A DNA stretch of 59,571 nt, the filler included. It is 4 parts of 4 records of this genome, joined end to end, with 100 filler letters (N's around TTAATTAATTAA, not from the genome) between each part and the next. Parts side by side here need not be neighbours in the genome. Positions count along the whole stretch, not along the records: positions 35,757 to 49,288 come from SRR31156797_1907; positions 49,389 to 59,571 come from SRR31156797_1914; 2 more parts are not named here. One strand, written 5' to 3'. Positions 40,204 through 49,645 of the stretch are shown in pieces. The notes beneath the pieces are model-generated. The model did no database searches, had not been told where the DNA came from, and saw only the letters and a list, made by a program, of their open reading frames with translations. The translations under genes and the position numbers were made by a program. How positions within the stretch are numbered: position 1 is the stretch's first letter; each line of letters begins with the position of its first letter.

Positions 40204-40473
40204 GTGTATTCTACGTTGGATTTTAATGATGATAATGGAACATTAACAATTGGAGTTGACGCATTTGGAAAAGTTGCTTCTAAAGGTAAAGACGCCTTAA
40301 AAATTATACCAAAGATACTTAAACTGATACAGGAATGCATTTTCAAATAAAAAATCTGAATAATGATCCGAACGTTAGTCCTAAAAATTTCTTTAAGAAT
40401 CCAAAAGGACGGCCACATAGGTGGTAAAAATTATTTGTACTGTAATTACAGTACTCAAATAGAAAGGATAAAG

Positions 40474-41016
40474 ATGATAACAATATACTCTATAATAATT
40501 CTCTTATTACTATCCATCTCTACATTATTTTATTTAAAATTGACTGCTGATGCTGTAATTTCTTTAAGCAATTTTATTACATTATATGTTGTTTGGTTTA
40601 TGACCATTTTATTAATCATTTCAATAATTAACTTTTCCAACTCAATTTTATCTTCACGCTGGAAAAAAACAGTAGGAATAATTACTAAAGTTAAGATTGA
40701 AGAAGGAAAAATGAAATCTCTAAATATTCTATATACTTATTCAATTAACAGTATTGACTACAACTCTAGAAATATCAATTTTGGTAGTAATTCTTTTTTT
40801 ACTTCAGATTCAATACAAGAATACATTAGAGCAAATAATTTTGCAGTCGGTAATAAATTTACTGTCTATTATAATCCAAACAACCCAAAATCATCAACGC
40901 TTATTAAGGGAATCAATTATCGAATTTTAATAAATATAATATTTTTTGTACCATTTCCTTGTGGAGTTATTTTTAAGAGAAAGAAATTTCTAGAATCATT
41001 AAGAAAAAAAGCATAA
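40474..41016 (+). CDS. DUF3592-like membrane protein
   Basis: Two N-terminal TM, W-K-K-T-V-G-I-I, YTYSINSIDY, VYYNPNNPKSSTL, C-terminal TM. Likely ATG 40474 after AAGGA. Confidence 0.7.
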   Translation: MITIYSIIILLLLSISTLFYLKLTADAVISLSNFITLYVVWFMTILLIISIINFSNSILSSRWKKTVGIITKVKIEEGKMKSLNILYTYSINSIDYNSRNINFGSNSFFTSDSIQEYIRANNFAVGNKFTVYYNPNNPKSSTLIKGINYRILINIIFFVPFPCGVIFKRKKFLESLRKKA

Positions 41017-41065
41017 AATAAAGGACAGAATAAATAGTATTTTTAGAAAGGAAGATTGGAAACTT

Positions 41066-41501
41066 ATGTTAAGATTATTAATGTTTATAATTATTAGTCT
41101 ATCTTGTCTTGGAAATATTTATAATGAAATTGATTTTTCTATTTTTAAATATGGTAGTTCAAAACCAAATAGAAAAATATATTAAAAAGAAAAACATTGA
41201 TTTAAATAAACTCCTAGAAAGTGATGATGCTAATAACGGAGTTAATGTGTTTACAGTAGCTTGTATTACTATTAAAGATGTCAAGAAAATTGAGGTATTG
41301 ATAAAAAACGGAGCTAATATCCAAATTAATTTAAGAGATAATAAATCACCTTTAAGTTTTGTAGCTATGAATGGTAAATTCCCACGAATAATTACTAGAC
41401 TTGTAAAATCCGGAGCTGATGTCAACCATAAAGATATTTATGGAGTAACTCCAATAATGTACGCTTCTATGCATAATCCAAATCACAACTTTATTAAAAC
41501 T
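41066..41501 (+). pseudogene. Exported ankyrin-repeat gene, frameshifted and truncated by IS3
   Basis: MLRLLMFIIISLSCLGN..FKYGSSK, then a +1 shift near 41165 (AAAACCAAATAG versus paralog AAAACAAATAG) into QIEKYIKK..GADVNHKDIYGVTPIMYA..NHNFIK, cut at the IS left end. Confidence 0.85.
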
Positions 41502-41575
41502 TGATGTGATAAAATAAAGTTGTAACACCGCCTAGAAAATATGATAAAATTTCTAAAAGAATGGAGAGGTGTTAC

Positions 41576-41875
41576 ATGGCTAAATCTAAATCTAAATCTA
41601 AGTATGATTCTGAATTTAAAACTAGACTTATTAAACTTCATATCGAAGAAGGTAGAACTATGGAAAGTATCAAAAGAGAATATAATCTTCCACATGGTAT
41701 CCTTAATCGATGGGTTAAAAAATATCGCGAAGAAGGCATCAACGACCCTGAAATAAAAAAAGAAATTGATATCTATGCTTGGCTTAGACAACTTGAAAAA
41801 GAAAAAGCTGAGTTACAAAAAGAAAATGATTTTTTAAAAAAGGCAGCAGCCTTCTTTGCGAAAGAGATAGATTAA
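41576..41875 (+). CDS. IS3 transposase OrfA (HTH)
   Basis: YDSEFK..RWVKKY..ELQKENDFLKKAAAFFAK; ATG 41576 after GGAGAGGT. Confidence 0.9.
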   Translation: MAKSKSKSKYDSEFKTRLIKLHIEEGRTMESIKREYNLPHGILNRWVKKYREEGINDPEIKKEIDIYAWLRQLEKEKAELQKENDFLKKAAAFFAKEID

Positions 41876-42741
41876 AACAATATCAATTTATTCAGGAAAA
41901 CTCTAAAGAATTCGGTGTTCGATGGCTCCTCAAAAGATTTAATCTTTCACCAAATGGATTCTACAATTTTAAAAAAAATCGAAAAGAAGAATCTAATCAG
42001 AAAAAAATTAAACTTAAAGAAAAAATAAAAGAGGTCTATCATCATTTTGACGGAGTTATGGGCTATAGAAAAATTAATGATGAACTTCGGAAAAAACATA
42101 ATATTTATATATCTTTACCAACTACATTAAAACTTATGCAAGAATTAGGTTTAAAATCAACTATAGTTAGAAAGAAGAAAATTCCAGTATTTGATGCTCC
42201 GGTCCACAAAACCTTTGATAATATTTTAAAACAAGATTTTTCTGTAAATGCACCAAATATGAAGTGGTGTAGTGATTTAACGTATATCAAACTTGCAAAT
42301 GGAAGTTTTGTATATGCTTGTGCAATAATAGATTTATACGATAGAAGTATCGTAGGTTTTGATGTATCAAAAAATATGAAAGCTGAATTTGTAAGAGATG
42401 TATTAAGCAAAGCAATTCAACAACATAAACCAAAATCAGGATTAATTTTCCACTCAGATCAAGGACGACAATATACATCAAGATTATTCGTAGAATACTG
42501 TGAATCAAAAGAAATAAAGCAAAGTATGAGTCGAAAGGGAACACCTTACGACAATGCGGTGATGGAATCATTTTTTGGTAAATTCAAAATGGAAAAAATT
42601 AATCAATACATTTTAAAGACTTACGAAATAGCGAGAGAACTATCATTAAACTACGTACATTTATACTATAATTCGAGAAGACCACATAATACTCTTGGAG
42701 GCTTAATGCCTTTAGAAAAAAGATATTCAAGAGTAGCATAA
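41836..42741 (+). CDS. IS3 transposase OrfB (DDE), fused to OrfA by -1 frameshift
   Basis: Slippery A-AAA-AAG at 41836-41842. The -1 frame reads KKGSSLLCERDRLKQYQFI..MGYRKI..WCSDLTYI..HSDQGRQY..DNAVMESFFG. Confidence 0.9.
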   Translation, partial: KKGSSLLCERDRLKQYQFIQENSKEFGVRWLLKRFNLSPNGFYNFKKNRKEESNQKKIKLKEKIKEVYHHFDGVMGYRKINDELRKKHNIYISLPTTLKLMQELGLKSTIVRKKKIPVFDAPVHKTFDNILKQDFSVNAPNMKWCSDLTYIKLANGSFVYACAIIDLYDRSIVGFDVSKNMKAEFVRDVLSKAIQQHKPKSGLIFHSDQGRQYTSRLFVEYCESKEIKQSMSRKGTPYDNAVMESFFGKFKMEKINQYILKTYEIARELSLNYVHLYYNSRRPHNTLGGLMPLEKRYSRVA

Positions 42742-42813
42742 CTTTTTCTAGGAAGCGTTACAAAAAGACTTGACCATATTAAATACCACAACTTATATAA
42801 GGAAGTAAAAATT

Positions 42814-44349
42814 ATGAAAAACAACATAATAATTTTTTTATTACTTAGTTTAATTTGCTTTGGAAAAGAAGATACTGTATTAAATATAAAAATTTTTCAA
42901 TCTGGAACTAAACAAGAAATGAGTAAATATATTAATGAAAATAATATTGATGTAAATAAAATAATTTCAGAAGGAGTTAATGCATTCACAATTGCATGTA
43001 TCCATGCAACTGACGAAGAAATAATTGATATTTTTTTAAAGAATGGTGCTGATATAAATTTGGAAGATGCAGAAGGAACCTCAGTTTTATCTTTTGTTGC
43101 TGCCGGTAATTCGAATCCTAAAATAATTACAAAGTTAATCAGAAGTGGTGCTGAAGTTGATAAAAAAAATATCTATGGACTAACTCCTCTACTTTATGCT
43201 ACTCTATACAATGAAAATTCTAATATTATTGATATATTGGTAAAAAACGGCGCTGATATAAATGCTAAAGATAAATCTGGACTAAACGCTCTTATGCTTG
43301 CTTCAATGATGAATAATTCAAAAGTTATTGGCCAAATAATTAAACAAGGCATTGACATTAATAGTGTTGATAGTCACAATACTACTGCTTTAATGTATGC
43401 AGCAATCCACAATAACTACGAAGCAGCAAACCAACTTTTAAAGTATAACGCTGATATAAATATAAAATATGAACACGAATCTTCTATATTAAATTTAGCA
43501 ATTATTCAAAAAGTTGATTCGAGACTACTTAAACTTTTTTTGGAAAATAATGCAAAAGCTGAGTTTATATTTAGCGAAGATATCTCTTTAATTGAATTGG
43601 CTAAACAACAAGGATACAGTTCAGAAATAATTAAAATGCTAAAAATTGCAACTAATAATATTGATTTATCAGTTTTTCATCACGGCTCTTCAAGTCAAAT
43701 AGAAGCATATATTAGAGAAAAAAATTTAGATATAAATAAACTTTTAACAAATAGTGGAGTTAATAACGGTGGAAATATTTTTACTATAGCTTGCATCAAT
43801 GCTAAAACAGAAGATATCATTGACGTATTAATAAAAAATGGTGGAGATGTCCAATGTCATTTAAGAGATAATAAGTCGCCTTTAACTTTTGTAGCCATGA
43901 ATAGTAAGTTTCCACATATAATTACTAAACTTGTAAAATACGGTGCCGATGTCAATCATAAAGATATTTACGGAGTTACTCCGCTAATGTATGCTTCCAT
44001 ACATAACCCTAATCACAATTTTATTAAAATTCTCATTGCTAATGGGGCTGATGCATCTATAACTGACTCTAACCAAGTAAACGCACTAATGCTCGCATCT
44101 ATGTATAATAATAACAAAGTCATTAGAGAATTAATTAGAAGTGGTATTAATGTTAATTCAAAAAACATTTATGGGACTACTGCTTTAATGTATGCGATTA
44201 TGAATAACAATATTAGTGGCGTTAAAGAATTGCTGAAAAATAAAGCGAATATTCGAATAATTAACGAAGATGGATATTCAGCTTCAGATTATGCTAAAGG
44301 CCTTAGATATACTTCAATAAGTAAACTTTTAAGTAATTATGAGAAATAA
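42814..44349 (+). CDS. Exported ankyrin-repeat protein with two tandem modules
   Basis: Signal-like MKNNIIIFLLLSLICFG; many GADIN/TPLLYA/TALMYA repeats; module N-cap repeated near aa 280. Confidence 0.92.
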   Translation: MKNNIIIFLLLSLICFGKEDTVLNIKIFQSGTKQEMSKYINENNIDVNKIISEGVNAFTIACIHATDEEIIDIFLKNGADINLEDAEGTSVLSFVAAGNSNPKIITKLIRSGAEVDKKNIYGLTPLLYATLYNENSNIIDILVKNGADINAKDKSGLNALMLASMMNNSKVIGQIIKQGIDINSVDSHNTTALMYAAIHNNYEAANQLLKYNADINIKYEHESSILNLAIIQKVDSRLLKLFLENNAKAEFIFSEDISLIELAKQQGYSSEIIKMLKIATNNIDLSVFHHGSSSQIEAYIREKNLDINKLLTNSGVNNGGNIFTIACINAKTEDIIDVLIKNGGDVQCHLRDNKSPLTFVAMNSKFPHIITKLVKYGADVNHKDIYGVTPLMYASIHNPNHNFIKILIANGADASITDSNQVNALMLASMYNNNKVIRELIRSGINVNSKNIYGTTALMYAIMNNNISGVKELLKNKANIRIINEDGYSASDYAKGLRYTSISKLLSNYEK

Positions 44350-44404
44350 TACTGAAATAACTAAATTATTCAATCGACATGGAAATTAAAAAAGGAGAAA
44401 TAAT

Positions 44405-45265
44405 ATGTACAAAATGGTTCTATTTTTAATAGTTAGTTTAACATGTCTAGGAAATGAAATATTAAACCTTGATTCATCTTTTTTTCAACACGGCACTTCA
44501 AAACAAATAGAAACATATATAAAAAACAATAATATAAACCTTAATAAAATTTTAACAAATAATGGAGTAAATAATGGTTTAAATATTTTTACGATAGCCT
44601 GTATTAATTCAGATAAAGAAGAAAAGATAGATATGCTCATTAGAAATGGGGGATTAGTTCAAACTAGTTTAAAAGAAAATAAATCCCCACTAACTTTTGT
44701 AGCTATGAATGGGAAATTTCCACATATAATTACTAAGCTTGTAAAATCTGGGGCTGATGTCAATCACAAAGATAATAAAGGAATAACTCCATTAATATAT
44801 GCAGCAGCCCATAATCAAAATCATAATTTTATTAAACTTCTTATCGCTAATGGGGCTGATATACATGCTACAGATATTAACCAAGTAAATGCATTGATGT
44901 ATGCTGCTATTAGCAATAACAAAATAGTTATTAAAGAGTTAATAACGTCTGGTCTTGATCCAAATAGTGTAGATAAAAATAATAGTACTCCAATAATGTA
45001 TGCTATTTTTCATAAGAATCTAAGTGTAGCAAGAGAATTAATTAAACACGATATTAACATTAATCACGAAAATAACTATAATATAAATGTTCTAACTTAT
45101 GCTATTTTGATGAAACTTCCACATGATTTTATAAATATTTTAATAAAAAATGGCGCTAAACCAAACTATTTTCCTGATGGTAAAACTTCAATAATAGATA
45201 TTGCTATTGAAAATAAAAATGATACTCAAACTATTAAGCTACTAAAAAAGTATTTTCAAAATTAA
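44405..45265 (+). CDS. Exported ankyrin-repeat protein (single module)
   Basis: Signal-like MYKMVLFLIVSLTCLG; GADVNHKDNKGITPLIYA; paralog of its neighbours. Confidence 0.92.
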   Translation: MYKMVLFLIVSLTCLGNEILNLDSSFFQHGTSKQIETYIKNNNINLNKILTNNGVNNGLNIFTIACINSDKEEKIDMLIRNGGLVQTSLKENKSPLTFVAMNGKFPHIITKLVKSGADVNHKDNKGITPLIYAAAHNQNHNFIKLLIANGADIHATDINQVNALMYAAISNNKIVIKELITSGLDPNSVDKNNSTPIMYAIFHKNLSVARELIKHDININHENNYNINVLTYAILMKLPHDFINILIKNGAKPNYFPDGKTSIIDIAIENKNDTQTIKLLKKYFQN

Positions 45266-45281
45266 ACCTTTTAAATAATCA

Positions 45282-45311
45282 AATCCATCTTTCGAACTTG
45301 AAAGATGGATT
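45282..45311. terminator. Hairpin between convergent genes (probable bidirectional terminator)
   Basis: AATCCATCTTTC-GAACTT-GAAAGATGGATT, 12-bp perfect stem. Confidence 0.75.
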
Positions 45312-45317
45312 CTTACT

Positions 45318-47045
45318 TTACTTATTCTTTTTTCTTAATGATTTCTCTTCATACATTTGTTCATCAGCTTTTATTATTAAATTTTTAACTGTATCCAAGT
45401 TGTTTTCGTCAAAGTGATATACTCCTATCGATAAACCTAACAATTTCTCTTTATCTATATGAATCTCTTTAACTTCCATCCATTCTCTAATTTTATTAGA
45501 TAAACCATTAAAATCAGCAACTCCGTCACTTAGATCATACTTTATTTGAGTAGCAACATCCTCATCAACATTAGGAAGAACTATTACAAACTCATCTCCA
45601 CCGTATCTGGCTATAAAGTCATTTTTTCTCATAGCGCCAATAAAATGATCCGCTAAGAATTTAAGAAGTTTGTCCCCAATACTGTGACCAAAAGTATCAT
45701 TATAATATTTGAAGTTATCTAAATCCATAAATAAAATCGAACACTCTTTCATTACCTGTCCTCTGATTTCCTGAACGATAAAGTTTAATTTTGTATTAAG
45801 CATTCTTCGGTTATGAAGACCAGTTAGTACATCTTTTGTTGCCTTTTCTTGTAAAGTCTCATTTTCAACGCTTAATTTTTCATTTCTTTCAGAAAGTTTT
45901 TGATTCAGTAATTCCAACTCTTCGGTTCTTTCCTCAACCAGCATCTCTAATTCTTCTGTGTACACTGAGATCGCTACATTCATTTCATTATATGTAACTA
46001 TAAGTTCCTCTATCTCTTTATCATTTGAAATATTAAGGTCAAGTGGGGAAAAATTTGATGAAACAGATTTTTTTACTGATTCTGTTAGTTCTTTTATTGG
46101 GTTAATAATAGAATCGCTTGCTTTCACAATGATTAATAAAAATAATATTGCCATAAAGACAGTAATAAATAATGTTTTTTTCCATATATCATTTGCGTCT
46201 ATAAATATTTCATTATATCCTATTGAAACACATAATTTCCAATTTGGAGCTACTCTGATTTTAGTATATGTTAATAATTTTTTCTCATTAATATTAGAAT
46301 CAAAATACTCTCCAACACCTTCATCAAGTGCTAATATTTCTTTGGAAATTTTGTGAAAATCATTAAATCCATATTCTCCCAAATTTTTGATATTAGCATT
46401 CATCTGATACTCTTCATTTGGATGACTTACTACCAAGCCGCTTTCACTTACAACCCATGCAAAACTCTCATGCTCTAGTTTTATATCACTTATTAATTCA
46501 GAAAGTTCCGTTAGTTTCATTGATATTCCGACAATTCCTCGGAATTTATTCCTGTTATCTTTTAGAGGAACTGCTACAACTACAATAGGCTTCATAGTTA
46601 TTCTGCCAATTAAAGGATCAGAGACATAATACTCGCGATAACTATTTTTTAAAATTTTAAAATAGTCTCGGTCATGAATAAAAAACTTTGTTCCATTTTC
46701 ATCAATGCCATAACCATTTTCAGCAGCATATATCGAATTTAATTCCCGTCCTTTATTCGCTGCAATAATTGCCTTTAAATTATCCTGTATACTTTCTTCT
46801 TCGAAGTCTCTAATTTTAATATTTTCAGCAGCGTGTTTTAATGTAAGTATATCCTTCTCCAATTTTTCAGAAATAATTTCTGAATACAAGCGAGACTCTC
46901 CTAAAATGTTCTCAGAAGTCAAATTATACAACTTATTTTTAGCTTGAAAATAAAGCACACCCAAACTAATTAGTACTATCAACAATACGTACAAAAAATA
47001 AGAAACTAAAATCCTTGATTTTATGCTCCTAAAAAATCTTCTCAT
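45318..47045 (-). CDS. Cache-HAMP-GGDEF diguanylate cyclase
   Basis: TM, dCache (DRDYF..YYVSDP..VVAVP), TM, HAMP, DVLTGLHNRR, DLDNFK..NDTFGH, RKND I-site, ARYGGDEF. Confidence 0.93.
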   Translation of the reverse strand: MRRFFRSIKSRILVSYFLYVLLIVLISLGVLYFQAKNKLYNLTSENILGESRLYSEIISEKLEKDILTLKHAAENIKIRDFEEESIQDNLKAIIAANKGRELNSIYAAENGYGIDENGTKFFIHDRDYFKILKNSYREYYVSDPLIGRITMKPIVVVAVPLKDNRNKFRGIVGISMKLTELSELISDIKLEHESFAWVVSESGLVVSHPNEEYQMNANIKNLGEYGFNDFHKISKEILALDEGVGEYFDSNINEKKLLTYTKIRVAPNWKLCVSIGYNEIFIDANDIWKKTLFITVFMAILFLLIIVKASDSIINPIKELTESVKKSVSSNFSPLDLNISNDKEIEELIVTYNEMNVAISVYTEELEMLVEERTEELELLNQKLSERNEKLSVENETLQEKATKDVLTGLHNRRMLNTKLNFIVQEIRGQVMKECSILFMDLDNFKYYNDTFGHSIGDKLLKFLADHFIGAMRKNDFIARYGGDEFVIVLPNVDEDVATQIKYDLSDGVADFNGLSNKIREWMEVKEIHIDKEKLLGLSIGVYHFDENNLDTVKNLIIKADEQMYEEKSLRKKNK

Positions 47046-47221
47046 GCAGATACTCCTAACTATAATAACACATATACATTTTCACCAATATATTACCAAA
47101 ATAAGAAGAAAAGACAGTCCTAGCTTGGATTATACCATAATTTATAAAATGTGTAAATTAATTTTAACTTACTTTAAAATAAATATCAGCTAAATATAAA
47201 AAAAGTCACGAGTAATTAAGA

Positions 47222-48955
47222 TCACTCATGACTTTCTAATTCTTTTTTACGCTTTTTCTTTTCTGCATACATCATCTTATCCGCATACCTTATTAATTTA
47301 TCTACAGATTTTATTGATGATTCATTGAAATTAAATGAACCAACCGAAACACCCAGCTTCTTTTCTTTCGGGATATTTACTTTTTCTAAATTAAGCCATT
47401 TTAGAATATGTTTCTCGAAACCACCAAATTTATCTATTTCCGTAACTAAGTTATTTTTTATCGTACTGGCATTGAGACAGCTTACACCTGGTAGGACTAT
47501 TATAAACTCATCCCCACCGTACCTTGCGATAAAGTCATGCTCTCTCATATTTGTTTTTAGATCAGCTGTAACTATTTTTAATATTTTATCACCAATATCA
47601 TGACCAAAAGTATCATTATAAAATTTGAAATTATCTAAATCCAGAAATAAAATCGAACACTCTGTTGGACTACCACTTAACATTCTATCACATACATTTT
47701 CAAGATGTTTGTTTAGTTGTGTTCTGTTAAACAGGCCAGTCAATGCATCTCTGGCAGCACGGTCAAAAAGATTCTCATTTTCCGCTGAAAGTTCCATGTT
47801 TTTCTCTGATAATTTTTTATTTAATTCGTCGAGTTCCAAAGTTCTCTCAGCAACTAACTCTTCCAGTTCTTCAGTATAAACAGTAATTGCTGTAGTCATC
47901 TCATTATATGCTAAAACCAAGTGTGCAATTTCATTATCATCGTCTAAATCTAAAGTTAATGGTTCAAAATTCCTCACGATTGAACTTTCTACTGCTTTAG
48001 TCAGTTCTTTAATTGGATGTGTAATCGATTCCGTTAGTTTCATAATTAGTGCAATTAAAAACGTCAACATAATAATACCGGATATAAGAATTTTTAGTAA
48101 TAACATATTTACATCTTCATAAATCTCTTTTTCATTTCTAACCATTAGTAATTTCCAACCTAAAGTATTTGGTATTTCAGAATAAGTTAAAACCTTAGTT
48201 TTATTGAGATTTTCATCAAAATAGCTAATGAAGCCCTGATTTGATCCTAAAATATCCTTCGCACTATCAGTAAAATTCCTGTATCCTAATTCTTCTAAGT
48301 CAAATATGCTTTTGCTAATCACACACTCTTCACTTGAATGAAAAACCGTATTTCCATCCTGATCGATAATCCATATACAAGCATTATCAAAATATTCTGA
48401 ATTTCTAATTTTATCAGCTAATTCTGCAACACCAAAAGATACTCCTATAATTCCATCTATTTTATTATCTAAATCTCTAATTATTTTACCCAAAACAATA
48501 ACAGACTTATTTTTACTCTTAATAGAAAAAGGAGGGAAAATCACTTCTGTTTTATTATTTTTCTTTAACATTTGAAATGACTCATATTCACTAATATCAT
48601 GAGTTACGCCAAAAACATCAATCATTTTTCCTTTATTATCAATATATACAGTATTTTGGAACATCTCTTCATTTGTTTCATATAATCTTTTTAATTCATC
48701 ATTAATAAGCTCTTCATTATAATTATCAGCAACTATTCTTTTAGAAACATTCAATAATAATGAATAGCTTGCCCTAATTTCATTGCCAATAATTCCGGCA
48801 TTACTTTTTGATCTTCTTTGATAGCTTTCGATGGTGGTTTTCAGTACCCTAGGGCGTTCTCGAAGATAAATTCCACCAATAATAAGAATAATAAATGCCA
48901 ACACATATGATGAATAGACCAAAGTAAATTTAGCTCTAATAGTTTTAAACATCAT
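47222..48955 (-). CDS. Cache-HAMP-GGDEF diguanylate cyclase (paralog)
   Basis: Same architecture; DALTGLFNR, DLDNFK, REHD I-site, ARYGGDEF. Confidence 0.93.
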   Translation of the reverse strand: MMFKTIRAKFTLVYSSYVLAFIILIIGGIYLRERPRVLKTTIESYQRRSKSNAGIIGNEIRASYSLLLNVSKRIVADNYNEELINDELKRLYETNEEMFQNTVYIDNKGKMIDVFGVTHDISEYESFQMLKKNNKTEVIFPPFSIKSKNKSVIVLGKIIRDLDNKIDGIIGVSFGVAELADKIRNSEYFDNACIWIIDQDGNTVFHSSEECVISKSIFDLEELGYRNFTDSAKDILGSNQGFISYFDENLNKTKVLTYSEIPNTLGWKLLMVRNEKEIYEDVNMLLLKILISGIIMLTFLIALIMKLTESITHPIKELTKAVESSIVRNFEPLTLDLDDDNEIAHLVLAYNEMTTAITVYTEELEELVAERTLELDELNKKLSEKNMELSAENENLFDRAARDALTGLFNRTQLNKHLENVCDRMLSGSPTECSILFLDLDNFKFYNDTFGHDIGDKILKIVTADLKTNMREHDFIARYGGDEFIIVLPGVSCLNASTIKNNLVTEIDKFGGFEKHILKWLNLEKVNIPKEKKLGVSVGSFNFNESSIKSVDKLIRYADKMMYAEKKKRKKELESHE

Positions 48956-49288
48956 TTGCCTCCTTAATTAGTAAGATTTGAGCAAATAACTTTCCACTAT
49001 TAAGTATATCCCAATATTCAATAGTTTACTAGGGCAATAACTTTTGCTTTTATCAACAAAATCTGTAATTTTTTTAATAATGCCCTACTTTTCTCTATTT
49101 GATAATAGTTATCAATGACGAAATAATATATATAATTTTCAATAACTTAATTCGGGAAGTATTTCACCTGTTTTTTTAAGTAAAAAAATATTTTCACCAC
49201 ACAAGTTGACTTTTTTAGTAAACAATTTAGTTGCTTAAGTCTTTATTTCAAAATTATATAATATATAAATTTTAGTTTCTTTTTGATA

Positions 49289-49388
49289 NNNNNNNNNNNN
49301 NNNNNNNNNNNNNNNNNNNNNNNNNNNNNNNNTTAATTAATTAANNNNNNNNNNNNNNNNNNNNNNNNNNNNNNNNNNNNNNNNNNNN
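49289..49388. other. Artificial contig linker
   Basis: N run + TTAATTAATTAA (49333-49344) + N run. Confidence 0.98.
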
Positions 49389-49587
49389 TTGTTAAAATTT
49401 ACGCACACCATTATAATTTATTATTTTTTCGATAAAACATATAACTAACAATAAAAACTATTGATGTCAAAATTAAAACAAGAGTATCTGTGCTTTCTGG
49501 TAATAAAACTAATCTAGATTGGATGTTTAACCCGATCAAACCTAAGGTTTGTGCGTGTGCCGTATAGGCACGGCTTTAAATCACAAA

Positions 49588-49622
49588 TAAAAAAAACTCC
49601 CCTTCTATTCCAGAAGAGGAGT
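49588..49622 (-). terminator. Rho-independent terminator of the porin gene
   Basis: On the minus strand ACTCCTCTTCT-GGAAT-AGAAGGGGAGT followed by a T run. Confidence 0.8.
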
Positions 49623-49645
49623 AATATCTATTCAAATCTAATTAA

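Larger units (their letters stand above)
41502..42781 (+). mobile_element. IS3-family insertion sequence (1280 bp)
   Basis: 38-bp imperfect terminal IRs: left TGATGTGATAAAATAAAGTTGTAACACCGCCTAGAAAA, right (reverse complement) TAATATGGTCAAGTCTTTTTGTAACGCTTCCTAGAAAA. orfA/orfB layout. Confidence 0.92.

Noticed and set aside
41576..41605. CTAAAT tandem repeat (SKSKSK)
   Set aside because: Short in-frame microsatellite in IS3 orfA with no evidence of function.
49030..49087. TAGGGCAATA / TAATGCCCTA inverted repeat upstream of the cyclase, considered as a c-di-GMP riboswitch
   Set aside because: Lacks the recognisable class I or class II core motifs; only one short stem.
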